Assembly: GCF_001194135.2 (NCBI RefSeq)
Contig: NC_068985.1
Location: 20,451,477 to 20,515,476 of the forward strand
From: Octopus bimaculoides
Taxonomy: Eukaryota
Length of the DNA stretch: 64,000 bases
Direction: 5' to 3'
The notes below the pieces were generated by a model. That model was not told the DNA's origin, ran no database searches, and saw only the letters and a program-made list of their open reading frames with translations. Position numbers and translations under genes: made by a program. Positions within the stretch are counted from its first letter, which is position 1. Every line of letters starts with the position of its first letter. Below are positions 11,066 through 22,955 of this stretch, in pieces.

Positions 11066-11239
11066 GCTCTAGAATTACCACAGTAATTAACTCACCGGGC
11101 ACCGAGGAATGCAGTTCTAAGGATTAGGCCTAATTATCGAGTCATTTGCAGTTTCACCCTTCATTGATGGCAAGGTCTTACATTTGCATGGCTTAATTTT
11201 TAGGACATGCATAAGATTACTGGTAGGATCAACCAGGTA
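11066..11239 (-). rRNA. 18S rRNA 5'-end fragment (174 nt), diverged, non-functional
   Basis: Reverse complement reads TACCTGGTTGATCCTACCAGTAATC...AATTAAGCCATGCAAATGTAAG...GTGAAACTGCAAATGACTC...TTACTGTGGTAATTCTAGAGC. This is collinear with the universal eukaryotic 18S blocks TACCTGGTTGATCCTGCCAG, ATTAAGCCATGC, GAAACTGCGAATGGCTC and CTGTGGTAATTCTAGAGC. Confidence 0.93.
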
Positions 11240-11962
11240 TCATTATGTGCACATGTAATCTGGAACCATGTGTTTATGAACCAAATTTTAGCCCTATAGC
11301 CATGTCTGAAATTTACATCACCATCATTATCATCATCAACTGGTGTCTAATAAAAGAACTATGTGCTAAAAACAAACTGAGATTGTTGTCAAGGAATAAG
11401 CTGAAGCATTATAAGTATAGAAGTAGTCTTTAGTTTTTACACATAGTGTCTCTAGGTGTACATTTTAGGGCTTCTGGAGTAGTTAAGAAAAATGTTTAAA
11501 AGAAAGTAGTAGAATAAAAGAATTATCGCTTGCATGGTTTAGAGCTGTGGAAGTATTCTCAAAATAAAGAATTTCTTTTCCTGGTAAGATTTCCTGCACA
11601 TTCTGTGCCCACTTGGATCTTCTCTGAGTAGGTTTCCTTCCTCAATTCATTCTCCTTCTACACTGGTTTCCATCACTTCTCTTCTATCATTCTCAACAGA
11701 TGTTAACTTATTTGTTGTAATGTACACACACTTTTCCTCTGTCATTGTATAACAAAATATATTATGTATTATCACCTGTTGAATGTCAGTGTCTGATGAC
11801 GTAATTAAAATGTGGAATTTAGATGTTTTCAGAATGTCTTTGAATCATTAGTACTGCTGGTATCATATATAATTATACTAGAAAACATGACTGTATATCA
11901 GGTTATACAATGTTATGCAATGTAATAAACTAAACAAATGGTTCTCAATATTTATAGAATGT

Positions 11963-12176
11963 AAGGCAGCAAACTGGCAGAAACATTAGCATGCCGGGCG
12001 AAATGCTTAGCAGTGTTTCGTCTGTCTTTACGTTCTGAGTTCAAATTCTGCTGAGGTCAGCTTTGCCTTTCATCCTTTCAGGGTTGATAAAATAAGTACC
12101 AGTTGAATATTGGGGTTAATGTTATCAACTTGGCCCTCCTTTAAAGTTGCTGTCATTGTGCCAAAATTTGAGACCA
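11963..12176 (+). mobile_element. SINE family C
   Basis: Reads aaggcagcaaactggcagaaacattagcatgccgggcgaaatgcttagc...gttctgagttcaaattc...aagtaccagttg. Confidence 0.9.
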
Positions 12177-12584
12177 AAATTATTCATTTCTTTTCTTTCC
12201 TTTGTAACTCCTAACACACTAAGTGGTTGCTTCAGGTGACTTTTATTACTTGTTGCTTGTCCCCTTTGTTGGAAGGGACCACTAATAAAAAAGAAGATAC
12301 CACAAATGATCAAAATTCAAAAGTCAACTTAATTAGCAATTTGAAACTGACCTTAATTAAAAAAAAAAAAAAAAACTGGGAAAATTTGCCATTTGTCCTT
12401 TAATCCTTTTGACAGCAACTTTGCTAAGACTGCCTCTGGTTCTATGGCACAAAATTACATTTTAAATTGTACAGATGTATGTTAAGACTTTAATAACTTT
12501 ATGTAATAATTTTTTGTCATGTTCCAAACTGGCTTAATAAAAAAAGGTTAGTTATTTTACTCAGTCCTACAAATATTTCCTTTT

Positions 12585-12912
12585 ATTCTTTAACTCTTTT
12601 CCTTGTTTCAGTCATTTGACTGTAGCCATGCTGGAGCACCACCTTAAAGGGTTTTTAGTCGAAAAAATTCAACCCCAGGATTTATTCTTTATAAGCCTAG
12701 TACTTATTCTCTTGGTCTGTTTTGCTGAACCACTAGGTTACATATATACGACAGTCTTCTTTCAGTTTCTGTCCACTAAATCCCCTCATAAAGCTTTGGT
12801 GAGCCCAAGGCTATGGTAGAAGATATCATTTACCCAGGTGCCACACAGTATGACTGAACCCAGAACAATGTGGTTGGGAAGCAAGTCTCTTACCACACTG
12901 CCATGCCTGCAC
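12585..12912 (-). mobile_element. SINE family A1 with internal deletion
   Basis: Tail tttcagtcatttgactgtagccatgctggagcacc (12607-12641) and head ...taccacactgccatgcctgcacct. Confidence 0.85.
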
Positions 12913-13343
12913 CTATCATTTAAAAAAATTAATTGAAACAGAGAGAGTGTATTTTATGAGAGATATGGTCATGTGAGTGTTAAAGAGAAGAATTATTTCA
13001 CAAAAAACGTAATTAGTTAAAAGTTTGTGCCAAAAATAATTTCTTGGTTATTTGCCAAACTACTCCTAGAATTTGATATTAATCATCATTATCTGCAAAT
13101 TAAAAGGTGGTATCATATAATAAAGGCAAGCTCAGCTAAGTAAGGTTATGGACCACATTTCAATATCTCATTGAAATGATTTAATTTCACTTATATCTTA
13201 AATAAGTTTGAAAAAGACATGAATTCCTCAACATTCCATCTTAACACTTTGTACCTGTATAAGAAATTAAAATTTACGAGCTAAACTAATATCATAATTT
13301 ATTCAATGCTACTTTAATATGAAACTGGTTTCTTGGTCTAGGT

Positions 13344-13660
13344 CAGTGATTCACAGTCAGAGTCCACATGACCCCTGTGGGTCATATAAGATTTTGAGGG
13401 GTTCACACTAGCAAAATACTAAATTGGGAACACGCAGTAGTATATTAATGATCCATGACAAAATTTTGCTTTGGATATATTTATTGTAAGAAACAGGTTT
13501 CTTTCTCTAACATTTTACATCGTTCAACTTATACAAAATAAGAATTTTGAAAGAAGTTTCTATAAAACCTGTTTTTTTAATTTTGAAAGGCTACAGGGAT
13601 CCACCAGAGTAAAATAGTAATCGAAAGGTTCCATAGGCAAAAAATGGTAGAGTGCCACTG
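13344..13660. mobile_element. hAT (Charlie-like) MITE, about 317 bp, degenerate
   Basis: Ends CAGTGATTCAC... and ...GTAGAGTGCCACTG. The internal sequence is the reverse complement of the element at 47091-48033 (tttgaaagaagtttctataaaac, aaattttgctttggat). The TSD is degenerate (gtctaggt / ttatagag). Confidence 0.75.
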
Positions 13661-13880
13661 TTATAGAGAAAAAAAGTTTTGTTATTGCAAACCTCTCAAG
13701 AAGGAAGCTGGAAGAGAAAACTTTTGATTAGTTAGATAGTCTGAAACAATTTCACTATGAAAGTACAACAATGAATATAGTCATGGAAGTCACAAGTATT
13801 TATTTCTGAGTTTTTTTTGTTTATAATTTTTTAAGAAATGAAACGAGAGCAAAATTATGTAATGTTAATACCTTTTATCA

Positions 13881-14062
13881 CAGGTATGGCTGTGTGGTTA
13901 AGAAATTTGTTTTCCAGCCATGTGGTTTCAGGTTCAGTGTTACTGCATGGCACCTAGGCAAAATGTCTGCACCAGACTAACCAATGATTTTTGAGTAGAT
14001 TTCGAAAATGGAAATTGAAAGAAACATGATGTGTGTGTGCATGTGTGTGTGTTGTGTGTGTG

Positions 14063-14128
<66 letters not shown>

Positions 14129-14384
14129 CTACATATGTATGATAGTAATGAGTATGTGTTTGTCCCCTCTTCGTTTTGACATCATATGATTGTTATAAAC
14201 ATGTGTCAACATTATTTAACTAATTTCTCTCATTTCCAGTCTAACACAAAACCATGTCTGGTCAAAGGGAAATATTACATTGCTTGGAAACTAATTAGGG
14301 TGGATGACAGGAAAGGCACCTTCTACAATGAAATCTGTCTGACTTATGCAAGCATAAATAAGTGAATGCTAAAATGATGATGAT
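13881..14384 (+). mobile_element. SINE family A2, full length with long internal (TG)n
   Basis: Family A head (caggtatggctgtgtggttaag...ggttcagt...cacctaggcaa), then (TG)n at 14028-14126, then the RTE-like tail ending atgatgatg. Confidence 0.75.
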
Positions 14385-15087
14385 TAAGAATGTAATTGAA
14401 ATTCTATGGTCCCAGCTAAACACCTATCCATGGATAAATAAAAAATAACTGATAAGATCAAGAAAACAGATTGTTTAGTTGATAGGGTACTAAACAATCA
14501 ATCAAGGTTAGAGCTGTTTCTGCATGGCTAAAGCACTTTCTCTTCAAAAAATAAGTTCATGAACATCTAAGTAGATACCACAAGATTATTCTAAGCAGTA
14601 ACTCTGTTTTATTAAATCGTTAGCACCATCAACTAGTAATGTGGTAATATCTGAGCACATACCTTTTGGTGATTAATACTTTAATCATACAACCATAAAG
14701 TTATATAAATTGCTTGTAGTGAACAGGTGAGTAAATCTGTGCATGTGTAAAAGTAGTTAAGTGTTCATAGAAGAATGAATGTGAATATATATTTGAGTAT
14801 AATTGTATTTTCATTAACATAAAGATGTGTGTGTATGTTTGTGTTGTGTGTGGTTGTGGCTATGACAATGCATGAGTAGATGACTGTAGTGTGTAAGCAT
14901 ATGTACAAGTATCACTATATAGTAATATAGTTAGATTTGTGATGGTATTTTATGGGTGGAGATATAGTTGCGCTTTTAGTAAAATTTACTACTGCATCCG
15001 TTTGTGAAGGTCTGTAACCGTTTATGCATCTGCCTTTAACTCTAATATGTCAACATAGGCAATATCATGTAAATACTTTATGTGCAC

Positions 15088-15129
<42 letters not shown>

Positions 15130-15323
15130 ATATATAGATAGACAGATACATAAATATATATTGACATATATACATTCACACATGCATAAACACACACACA
15201 CACACACACACACATAACCATTTTACCGTCTGTTTTTTCATGGTGGCATGGATATATTTATATAGCACTAAGTGCATGTGTATTGAAATATAATTGTTTA
15301 TCTGTGTGTGTGTGCATGTGTGT

Positions 15324-15357
<34 letters not shown>

Positions 15358-15464
15358 TTGTGTGCATGTATACACACACCTATATACATATAATATATAT
15401 ATATGTATATATGTATNNNNNNNNNNATGTATGTAAATAAATATGTAGTTCGTTTTGTACATGA

Positions 15465-15506
<42 letters not shown>

Positions 15507-16059
15507 ATATCTACAAAGCTTTAGATGTGTGGAATTAGTTGAGTAAAAGTCTACGTGCATATAATGTATGTGTCTCTGAGCACAAATCTCACACATATTT
15601 ATGGATATGTAATAGTATATGTGTATACTTGTCTCTGTGTGTATAATGTGTACATTAATATAAACAGTGAAACCATGTAATATATTCTAACTTTAATAAC
15701 AGGGGGCAAATACAGATGATTTGATAATATGGTCTTACACTAACTCTTTTTCCCTCTTTTTCGCAATGTTTATAAACAAAGCATTCTGTCATTTAACATA
15801 TGGCATTTATTTTATAAAACACTCTTCAATTTCACCATATTAGAATGTTCAGCACATCACTGCTTAAAAGCAAACGGAATTGATACTTTTAGTATCTTGG
15901 TAAACATTCTTCACCTTTATAAAAATGCAACATATAAACCACTCACTCTGCTTATAAACATAATCTTCTCCCAGTAGAATATTTAGTAATAAAAATAGAA
16001 CAAAGTTATTTAAATTTATAGAAGAGCTTTTTCCTCCAGAATGTAACACTTCTCATCAT

Positions 16060-16860
16060 GTCCAGTAAAGTCCTTCCTGCAAATTCATTGCAGATAATTA
16101 CATCACATTAAATACATCACCTGCAATTTCATCTCTTGGTAATATTATTGCAAGGTAATTACATTGTGAGACAATGATCATTTGTAAATTCGTCATGTCA
16201 AATACATCGTATGTTAATTCATCGTCATGTTTTTTATCCACAAAAAAAAAAAAAAGAATTTATTTGGAGAATAATTACATTACATTTCATAAACAGTGAG
16301 AAAGAAACTGAAAGACAAAAGATGTTAATATCAAATTTACTCACTTCATACATGAAAAAAGAACCAAATCAAACTTATTTTTAAAAATAGAAACCCACAC
16401 AAAAAATATGCAGTTAAGGAGATAAGAATATTTTAAATTGGAAGAAGGGAGAAACATTGTGAAGACACAAATTAAGAGCAATGCCTCTTACATAATTCAG
16501 TTCAGTATTTCACGATTTGATATTCCTTGACAATGAGTTGAATTCTTGCTATACTATCTTTATATTTCTTTTTGTGATGTGGAATTTCTGCAGAGATGAT
16601 ATATAGCTCAATTGTTACTTCATTTCTTGATTGTTCCTTTCTCATGATTTCTAAAAAAATTCTAGCTCGTAGGAATAATTTTGTCTTTAAATTTCTTATT
16701 TTATGTTTATTCTGTGAATGAAAATTCTAAATAAGGTTTAGTGATGCATTTACATTGTGGATAAAAAGCATGATGCGAAATTTACTGGCAATGTAGTTAT
16801 TTAGTATTAGAATGAATTTACCAACAATGAATTTGTCACAAGGAAGAATTTACTAATGGT
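16060..16860 (-). mobile_element. MULE/MuDR-like internally deleted element retaining the transposase C-terminus
   Basis: Minus strand 16455-16663 reads RIFLEIMRKEQSRNEVTIELYIISAEIPHHKKKYKDSIARIQLIVKEYQ, then after a frameshift NYVRGIALN. This resembles the MULE C-terminal pattern (KxEQxxxE...KKKYxxxxxRI..IV..Y...YLRxIA). The ends are degenerate inverted arrays of AAATTCAT(C/T)G-like motifs. Confidence 0.6.
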
Positions 16861-17574
16861 TCAGTCACATTGTGTGACTCCTTGAACAAGTTCTTCCACT
16901 AAGGCCCTGAGCTGACCAATGCCTTGTGAGGGAATTTAGTAGATGGATACTGTGTTATGTACACACATGTCATGCATATATATATATATATATCATTTAT
17001 ATGTGTGGGTGTATTTGTATATATATGTATGTGAGTATTTTTGCGTCTGTGTTTGACCCTGCACTCACTGTTTGACAGCCGGTGTTGGTTTGGGCATATC
17101 CCCTAAGTTAGCAATTTGGAAAAATGAGTATGACTGAAAATACATGTTAGGATTGATTTGTTCAAGGAACTGTCCAAGCATGATATAATCCAATGTCTGA
17201 AGTAAGTAAAAGATGTATTCGTTCACAATATAATTTATCTTTTGTAAAAAAGAAAGTCAAAATACATACAAAGTGCAAAAAATATCTTTGTTGGATTGAA
17301 TACAGAAGTGATTAGCACTAACAACATTCAGAAGATAATGGTGGTGGTGGTGGTGACGATGATTCTTATTGTCATGACCCTGATGATGTCTTGATACCTT
17401 GTTGCACAGGTTCATTCCACAGTATTTCCTGGAAGTGATGTAGTAGGATGTGACAACATCAAACTTTACTTAGCAGAGAAAAGGATTTTATTGAAAAATT
17501 TCCTTCACCTAGGGACTTCCTTGAACTCCAAAAGTTAAGTGCTTTACTCTTGTCCTCACAACCAGAAATATATG

Positions 17575-17872
17575 TTATTCAACTGGTTGATTCCATCCAT
17601 CACTTCTTCACAGGATTTCCTTGGTCTTCCTCTTCTGCAGATTCCTCCTCTTACAGATTGCTTAACATTTCTCTACACACTACATCTGATTTCTTTTATA
17701 CCCAGTCATTTGTGTTTTGTCCATGTACGCTAATATTGCACAACCAGCAGAGAATTATTACTTCATTTTTTCCCCATCCTTGTTCATCCTCTAGTTTCAG
17801 TATCCATATTTCACTACCATGCAACATTGCATACATAAGCATTTTACAATCTGCTTTTCTCTCAGTGAGAAA
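17575..17872 (-). pseudogene. RTE-clade LINE reverse transcriptase C-terminal fragment
   Basis: Minus strand reads AMLHGSEIWILKLEDEQGWGKNEVIILCWLCNISV and GICRRGRPRKSCEEVM. LxGSExW and RGRPRKxW are typical of the RTE RT C-terminus. Confidence 0.75.
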
Positions 17873-17880
17873 ATCCCTTA

Positions 17881-18043
17881 GGTGCAGGAGTGGCTATGTG
17901 GTAAGTAGCTTGCTTACCAACCACATGGTTCCGGGTTCATTCCCACTGTGTGGCACCTTGGACAAGTGTCTTCTACTATAGCCTCGGGCCGACGAAAGCC
18001 TTGTGAGTGGATTTGGTAGACGGAAACTGAAAGAAGCCCATCG

Positions 18044-18076
<33 letters not shown>

Positions 18077-18143
18077 GTGTATGTGTGTGTATGTTTGTGT
18101 CTGTGTTTGTCCCCCAACATCGCTTGACAACCGATGGTGGTCT
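17881..18143 (+). mobile_element. SINE family A1 5' half (runs into a gap)
   Basis: Very similar to 41492-41745. Confidence 0.92.
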
Positions 18144-19218
18144 NNNNNNNNNNNNNNNNNNNNNNNNNNNNNNNNNNNNNNNNNNNNNNNNNNNNNNNNN
18201 NNNNNNNNNNNNNNNNNNNNNNNNNNNNNNNNNNNNNNNNNNNNNNNNNNNNNNNNNNNNNNNNNNNNNNNNNNNNNNNNNNNNNNNNNNNNNNNNNNNN
18301 NNNNNNNNNNNNNNNNNNNNNNNNNNNNNNNNNNNNNNNNNNNNNNNNNNNNNNNNNNNNNNNNNNNNNNNNNNNNNNNNNNNNNNNNNNNNNNNNNNNN
18401 NNNNNNNNNNNNNNNNNNNNNNNNNNNNNNNNNNNNNNNNNNNNNNNNNNNNNNNNNNNNNNNNNNNNNNNNNNNNNNNNNNNNNNNNNNNNNNNNNNNN
18501 NNNNNNNNNNNNNNNNNNNNNNNNNNNNNNNNNNNNNNNNNNNNNNNNNNNNNNNNNNNNNNNNNNNNNNNNNNNNNNNNNNNNNNNNNNNNNNNNNNNN
18601 NNNNNNNNNNNNNNNNNNNNNNNNNNNNNNNNNNNNNNNNNNNNNNNNNNNNNNNNNNNNNNNNNNNNNNNNNNNNNNNNNNNNNNNNNNNNNNNNNNNN
18701 NNNNNNNNNNNNNNNNNNNNNNNNNNNNNNNNNNNNNNNNNNNNNNNNNNNNNNNNNNNNNNNNNNNNNNNNNNNNNNNNNNNNNNNNNNNNNNNNNNNN
18801 NNNNNNNNNNNNNNNNNNNNNNNNNNNNNNNNNNNNNNNNNNNNNNNNNNNNNNNNNNNNNNNNNNNNNNNNNNNNNNNNNNNNNNNNNNNNNNNNNNNN
18901 NNNNNNNNNNNNNNNNNNNNNNNNNNNNNNNNNNNNNNNNNNNNNNNNNNNNNNNNNNNNNNNNNNNNNNNNNNNNNNNNNNNNNNNNNNNNNNNNNNNN
19001 NNNNNNNNNNNNNNNNNNNNNNNNNNNNNNNNNACATATTTACTCCTCTTTGTAACCATTAGATTTTGAAACTACAGCATTCAAAATTTTATCAAAAAAA
19101 TGAATAGAAAATTTAGAGAAGAGAACTGCTTTTAAATTTTCCAGCAAACGTTTACAATTTAATGTTAAAATCTGTTCTGATATCTCCAGTTCAAAAAGAT
19201 ACTCTCTTCTTTGAAATG

Positions 19219-19303
<85 letters not shown>

Positions 19304-19804
19304 TAAATGTACATATACACATATGTACAAATTATAGATACACATACCTAATACAAATGTACAAACACATATGAAATCTATGAATACATGTATATTTCTT
19401 TCTTTAAAAAGAAAAGATTTTTCCTTTATAAAATTTTAAGTACGTCATCAAAATATTGCCACTGAACTCTTAGATATTATTTTAAGGTTATAAAATTAAC
19501 ATAAAAGATTTTTGACCATAAAAAAAAACAAAACAGAATTTGAGCTGTAATATTAGACTAACTGAATTGACATTTATTTGTTTCCTTGTAATGGTTTCGT
19601 TCATTGGATTGTGGTTATGTTGAGTCATCATCTCAAAGGCTTTAGTCAATCAAATCAACGTTAGTATTTATTTTATTGGTTTCCTTTTTGCTGCACCTCT
19701 AAGTTACAAGGCAGTAAACAAACCAACATGGGTTGACAAGCTGTGTGAGACAAACACAAAGACACATGAGTGTGTGTGTGTGATATGTGTGTGTGTATAC
19801 ATTA

Positions 19805-19910
19805 TTTACATTATTTACATTTGGCAGATATTTGTCTTCATCCTGTTTGTTGTTAATACATTTCAGCTGATATACCCGCCAGCCTTCTGCAGGTATCTTG
19901 GGGAAATTTT
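19805..19910 (-). mobile_element. Solo PLE terminal-repeat fragment with a decayed hammerhead-like motif
   Basis: Homologous to 39735-39845. Reverse complement reads aagatacCTGCAGAaggctggcgggtatatcagctGAAAtgtatt. Confidence 0.7.
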
Positions 19911-19925
19911 GGGAAAATCTCTGAT

Positions 19926-20008
<83 letters not shown>

Positions 20009-20244
20009 TAGATATAGTTGAAATTCATAGAAAAACAAAAGACGAAGACAGATGTATGAACAAGCAAGTGTATTAGCTTGATGCTCAGGAACCACTTCCG
20101 AACCACTTGTGAACCACTCCCTGTACTTTCAGCACCTCTCCTCATCCACATACCAGCACTCCACTTCGATTACCACTGGATCTACTGACTCTGCCTTCAC
20201 AGATTTCACTGGATTTTTTGTTGACATATAGATAGATACATATA

Positions 20245-21316
20245 TTAAGTTGTCAAGAAAGTTCTTGCAGTTTTTAACCTTTAAATTCAGATGCACATAT
20301 CTCAGCTCAAACAAAACTTTATTAATTGAAATAAATACCATCAGAATCAACACACTTTTGCCAATGCAAAATAAGTTTATTTATGCCAGTAGCATAAAAA
20401 TCCTGCATTCTGGTGGCGATGAAGTTGTTGAAGGTGTGTTTGGCATCGTCTTGGTTTTTGAAGCATTTCTCATGCAGACAGTACTTCTCCTCCATAATGG
20501 TTTTGTCTGGATCCAAAAGGCTGTGATGGATGAGACCGGCCGCAGATCACAAAACAGTCACCATGACCTTCTTTTGGTGCAACTTTGGCTTTGGGAAGTT
20601 CCGTGGATCTTTGTCAGTGTTCAACTACTGAGCTGAGCATCACTGGTTGTTGTAAAGAATCCACTTTTCATCACAAGTCACAATCTGGTTGAGAAATGGG
20701 TCATTCTTATTTCGTAAAAGAAGGGAAGGTGACACTTCAAAATGGGTTTTTTTTTTTGTTGTCGTTCAATTCGTGCAGTACCCATTTCTCAAGTGCTTTT
20801 GTTTTTCTAATCTCTTTCAAGTGGTTGGAAATTGTTGTATACATTACGTCTAATTCAGAAGCAAGCTCTCGAACAGTTGTGTGTGGATTGGCTTCAACTA
20901 AGGCTCTTAGTTGATCATTGTCAACATCTGATGGCCGACCACAATGCTTATCATCTTCAAGACTCTCATCATCATTATGAAATTTCTTGAACCACCATTA
21001 TGCTGTATGTTCATTAGTGGTTCCTGGGTCAAATGCATTGTTGATATCGCAAGCTGTTTCAGCAGCTTTTCAGCCTAGCTTGAACTGGAATAAAAAAAAA
21101 AAGTGTGCGAATTTGCTATTTGTCCATGTTGTATTCAACATTCGGGAAAAAATGGCCTAATTATTCAAAAAGAAAAAGAATAACATGATTAGATAGAGCG
21201 AAAAACAGGCTTTAAAATGATATATAAAGTCAAAGTAATTTAACGAAAATTAATTTAAAAATACATCTTTTAAAACCAAAATTAAAAATTCCGCAAGAAC
21301 TTTCTTGACAACCTAA
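20245..21316 (-). mobile_element. Mariner (cecropia/Hsmar1-like), both TIRs present, internal deletion, 1072 bp
   Basis: TIRs TTAAGTTGTCAAGAAAGTTCTTGCAG and (reverse complement) TTAGGTTGTCAAGAAAGTTCTTGCGG, with TA flanks. Confidence 0.95.
20322..21127 (-). pseudogene. Mariner transposase pseudogene
   Basis: Reads MDK*QIR...KAAETACDINNAFDPGTTNEHTA*WWFKKF..DESLEDDKHCGRPSDVDNDQLRALVEANP...IVTCDEKWILYNN...FPKPKLHQKKVMVTV..SAAGLIH...EKYC|LHEKCFKNQDDAK...FYATGINKLILHWQKCVDSDGIYFN*. It has several stops and two homopolymer frameshifts, and lacks the HDNA to YSPDL segment. Confidence 0.93.
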
Positions 21317-21354
21317 TATATATATATATAGAAAGTGAGAGAGAGAAAGAGATG

Positions 21355-21386
<32 letters not shown>

Positions 21387-22042
21387 CACATACAGACAGG
21401 CAGATAGATAGATACACATATTGTGCATTCTAGATGTTAGAATAGGTACGCTGTATTTCTGTGTCATAAGCAGTGACTAAATGGGCTGGTATTATGAAGG
21501 ACATCAGGTCATAAATCACTACTTCAAAAGATCCCTTCTGGTTGATGCCAATATGGAAAAATGGACGTAGAAACAATGGTGTATGTGTGTGTTTCTGTGT
21601 GTGTATGTGTATGTATTAAGAACTATTTACAATATTGCTTTATAATATGATTGGTGGATTTTCTAATCCAAATATATTCACATCATATTCTAAATTGCAA
21701 CAAAGCAGATTAGGCTGTCAAGTGGTTTGACATTGTTTGACTATGGCTGAAATTTTAATGTGACAAAAGCTAAAGTTGAATTTATATATCAAAGTTTTCA
21801 GATATTAATTCTGTATGATGAGAATTCTGTGCACAACATTTGACAATAGTATTTCTCATTTCAATAGGAATTATAAAATTCCAGTTTGGTCTGAACAGTT
21901 CTAAAATGAACTTCAGTTGGCTGTAAAATTCTCAGTTGAAGGTTGAAAGAGTTTCACAGTCTATGCTTATGTTCAATAGTATTTTTGAACTTTACTGCTG
22001 ATAGGCAACTTTGAAATGTAGTCTTTATTAGTCTTTTGTTCC

Positions 22043-22243
22043 TTTACTTATTTCAGTCATTTGACTGTGGCCTTGCTGGAGCACTGCCTTCAGTCGAGCA
22101 AATCGATCTCAGGACTTATTCTTTGTAAGCCTAGCACTTATTCTATCAGTCTCTTTTGTCAAACTGCTGAGTCACAGGGATGTAAATGCACCAGCATTGG
22201 TTGTCAAGCGATGTATTGGGAACTAACACAAACATACAAACAT

Positions 22244-22293
<50 letters not shown>

Positions 22294-22457
22294 GACAGGC
22301 TTCTTTCAGTTTCCGTCTACCAAATCCACTCACAAGGCTTTGGTCGACCCGAGGCTATAGTAGAAGACACTTGCCCGAGGTGCCACGCAGTTGGACTGAA
22401 CCAGGAACCATGTGTTTGGTAAGCAAGCCACTTACCATACACCCACTCTTGTGCCTG
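22043..22457 (-). mobile_element. SINE family A1, full length
   Basis: Collinear reverse complement of 41492-41914, with internal (CA)n at about 22230-22290. Confidence 0.92.
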
Positions 22458-22825
22458 TTATGTATATCTTTTATCTATATCTTTTACTTGTTTCATTCAT
22501 TGAACTACAACCATGGTGGGATCCACTTTGAAGGGTTTAGTCAAAAAAACTGACTGCAGTTCTTATCTTTTCAGTTTGGTATTTATTTTGTCAATCAATC
22601 TCTTTTGCTGAACAACTGCTAAGTTACAAGATCACAGACAAACCAGCTTTGGTTGTCAAGCATTTGGGACGCAAACACAAAGACACACAACATTTACATA
22701 GATATGTGGAATACCATGGGATTCCACATAGTTTCCATCAGCAAAAAGGTACTGTGCAGTGGGAATTGCAAAGCAAAAAAAAAAGGTGCTGTGCAGTGGG
22801 AGTTGCAAGCCATGCCTATGCATAT

Positions 22826-22838
22826 ACACACATATATA

Positions 22839-22914
<76 letters not shown>

Positions 22915-22955
22915 AACACACACACACACACATGCACAAATACACACACAAACAC
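22826..22955. repeat. (CA)n microsatellite
   Basis: Directly visible. Confidence 0.95.

Noticed and set aside
11066-11239. A functional rDNA locus
   Set aside because: Only 174 nt of 18S are present, universally conserved positions are substituted, and there is no ITS, 5.8S or 28S.
12400-12555. Possible TTAA-type MITE (ttaatccttttg ... aaaaaggttag); a similar block lies at 10685-10835
   Set aside because: The terminal matches are too short and degenerate to support from this window alone.
14700-14735. Strong donor-like acag|gtgagt
   Set aside because: The phase-1 frame needed to join exon 1 contains stops, and no convincing acceptor lies upstream.
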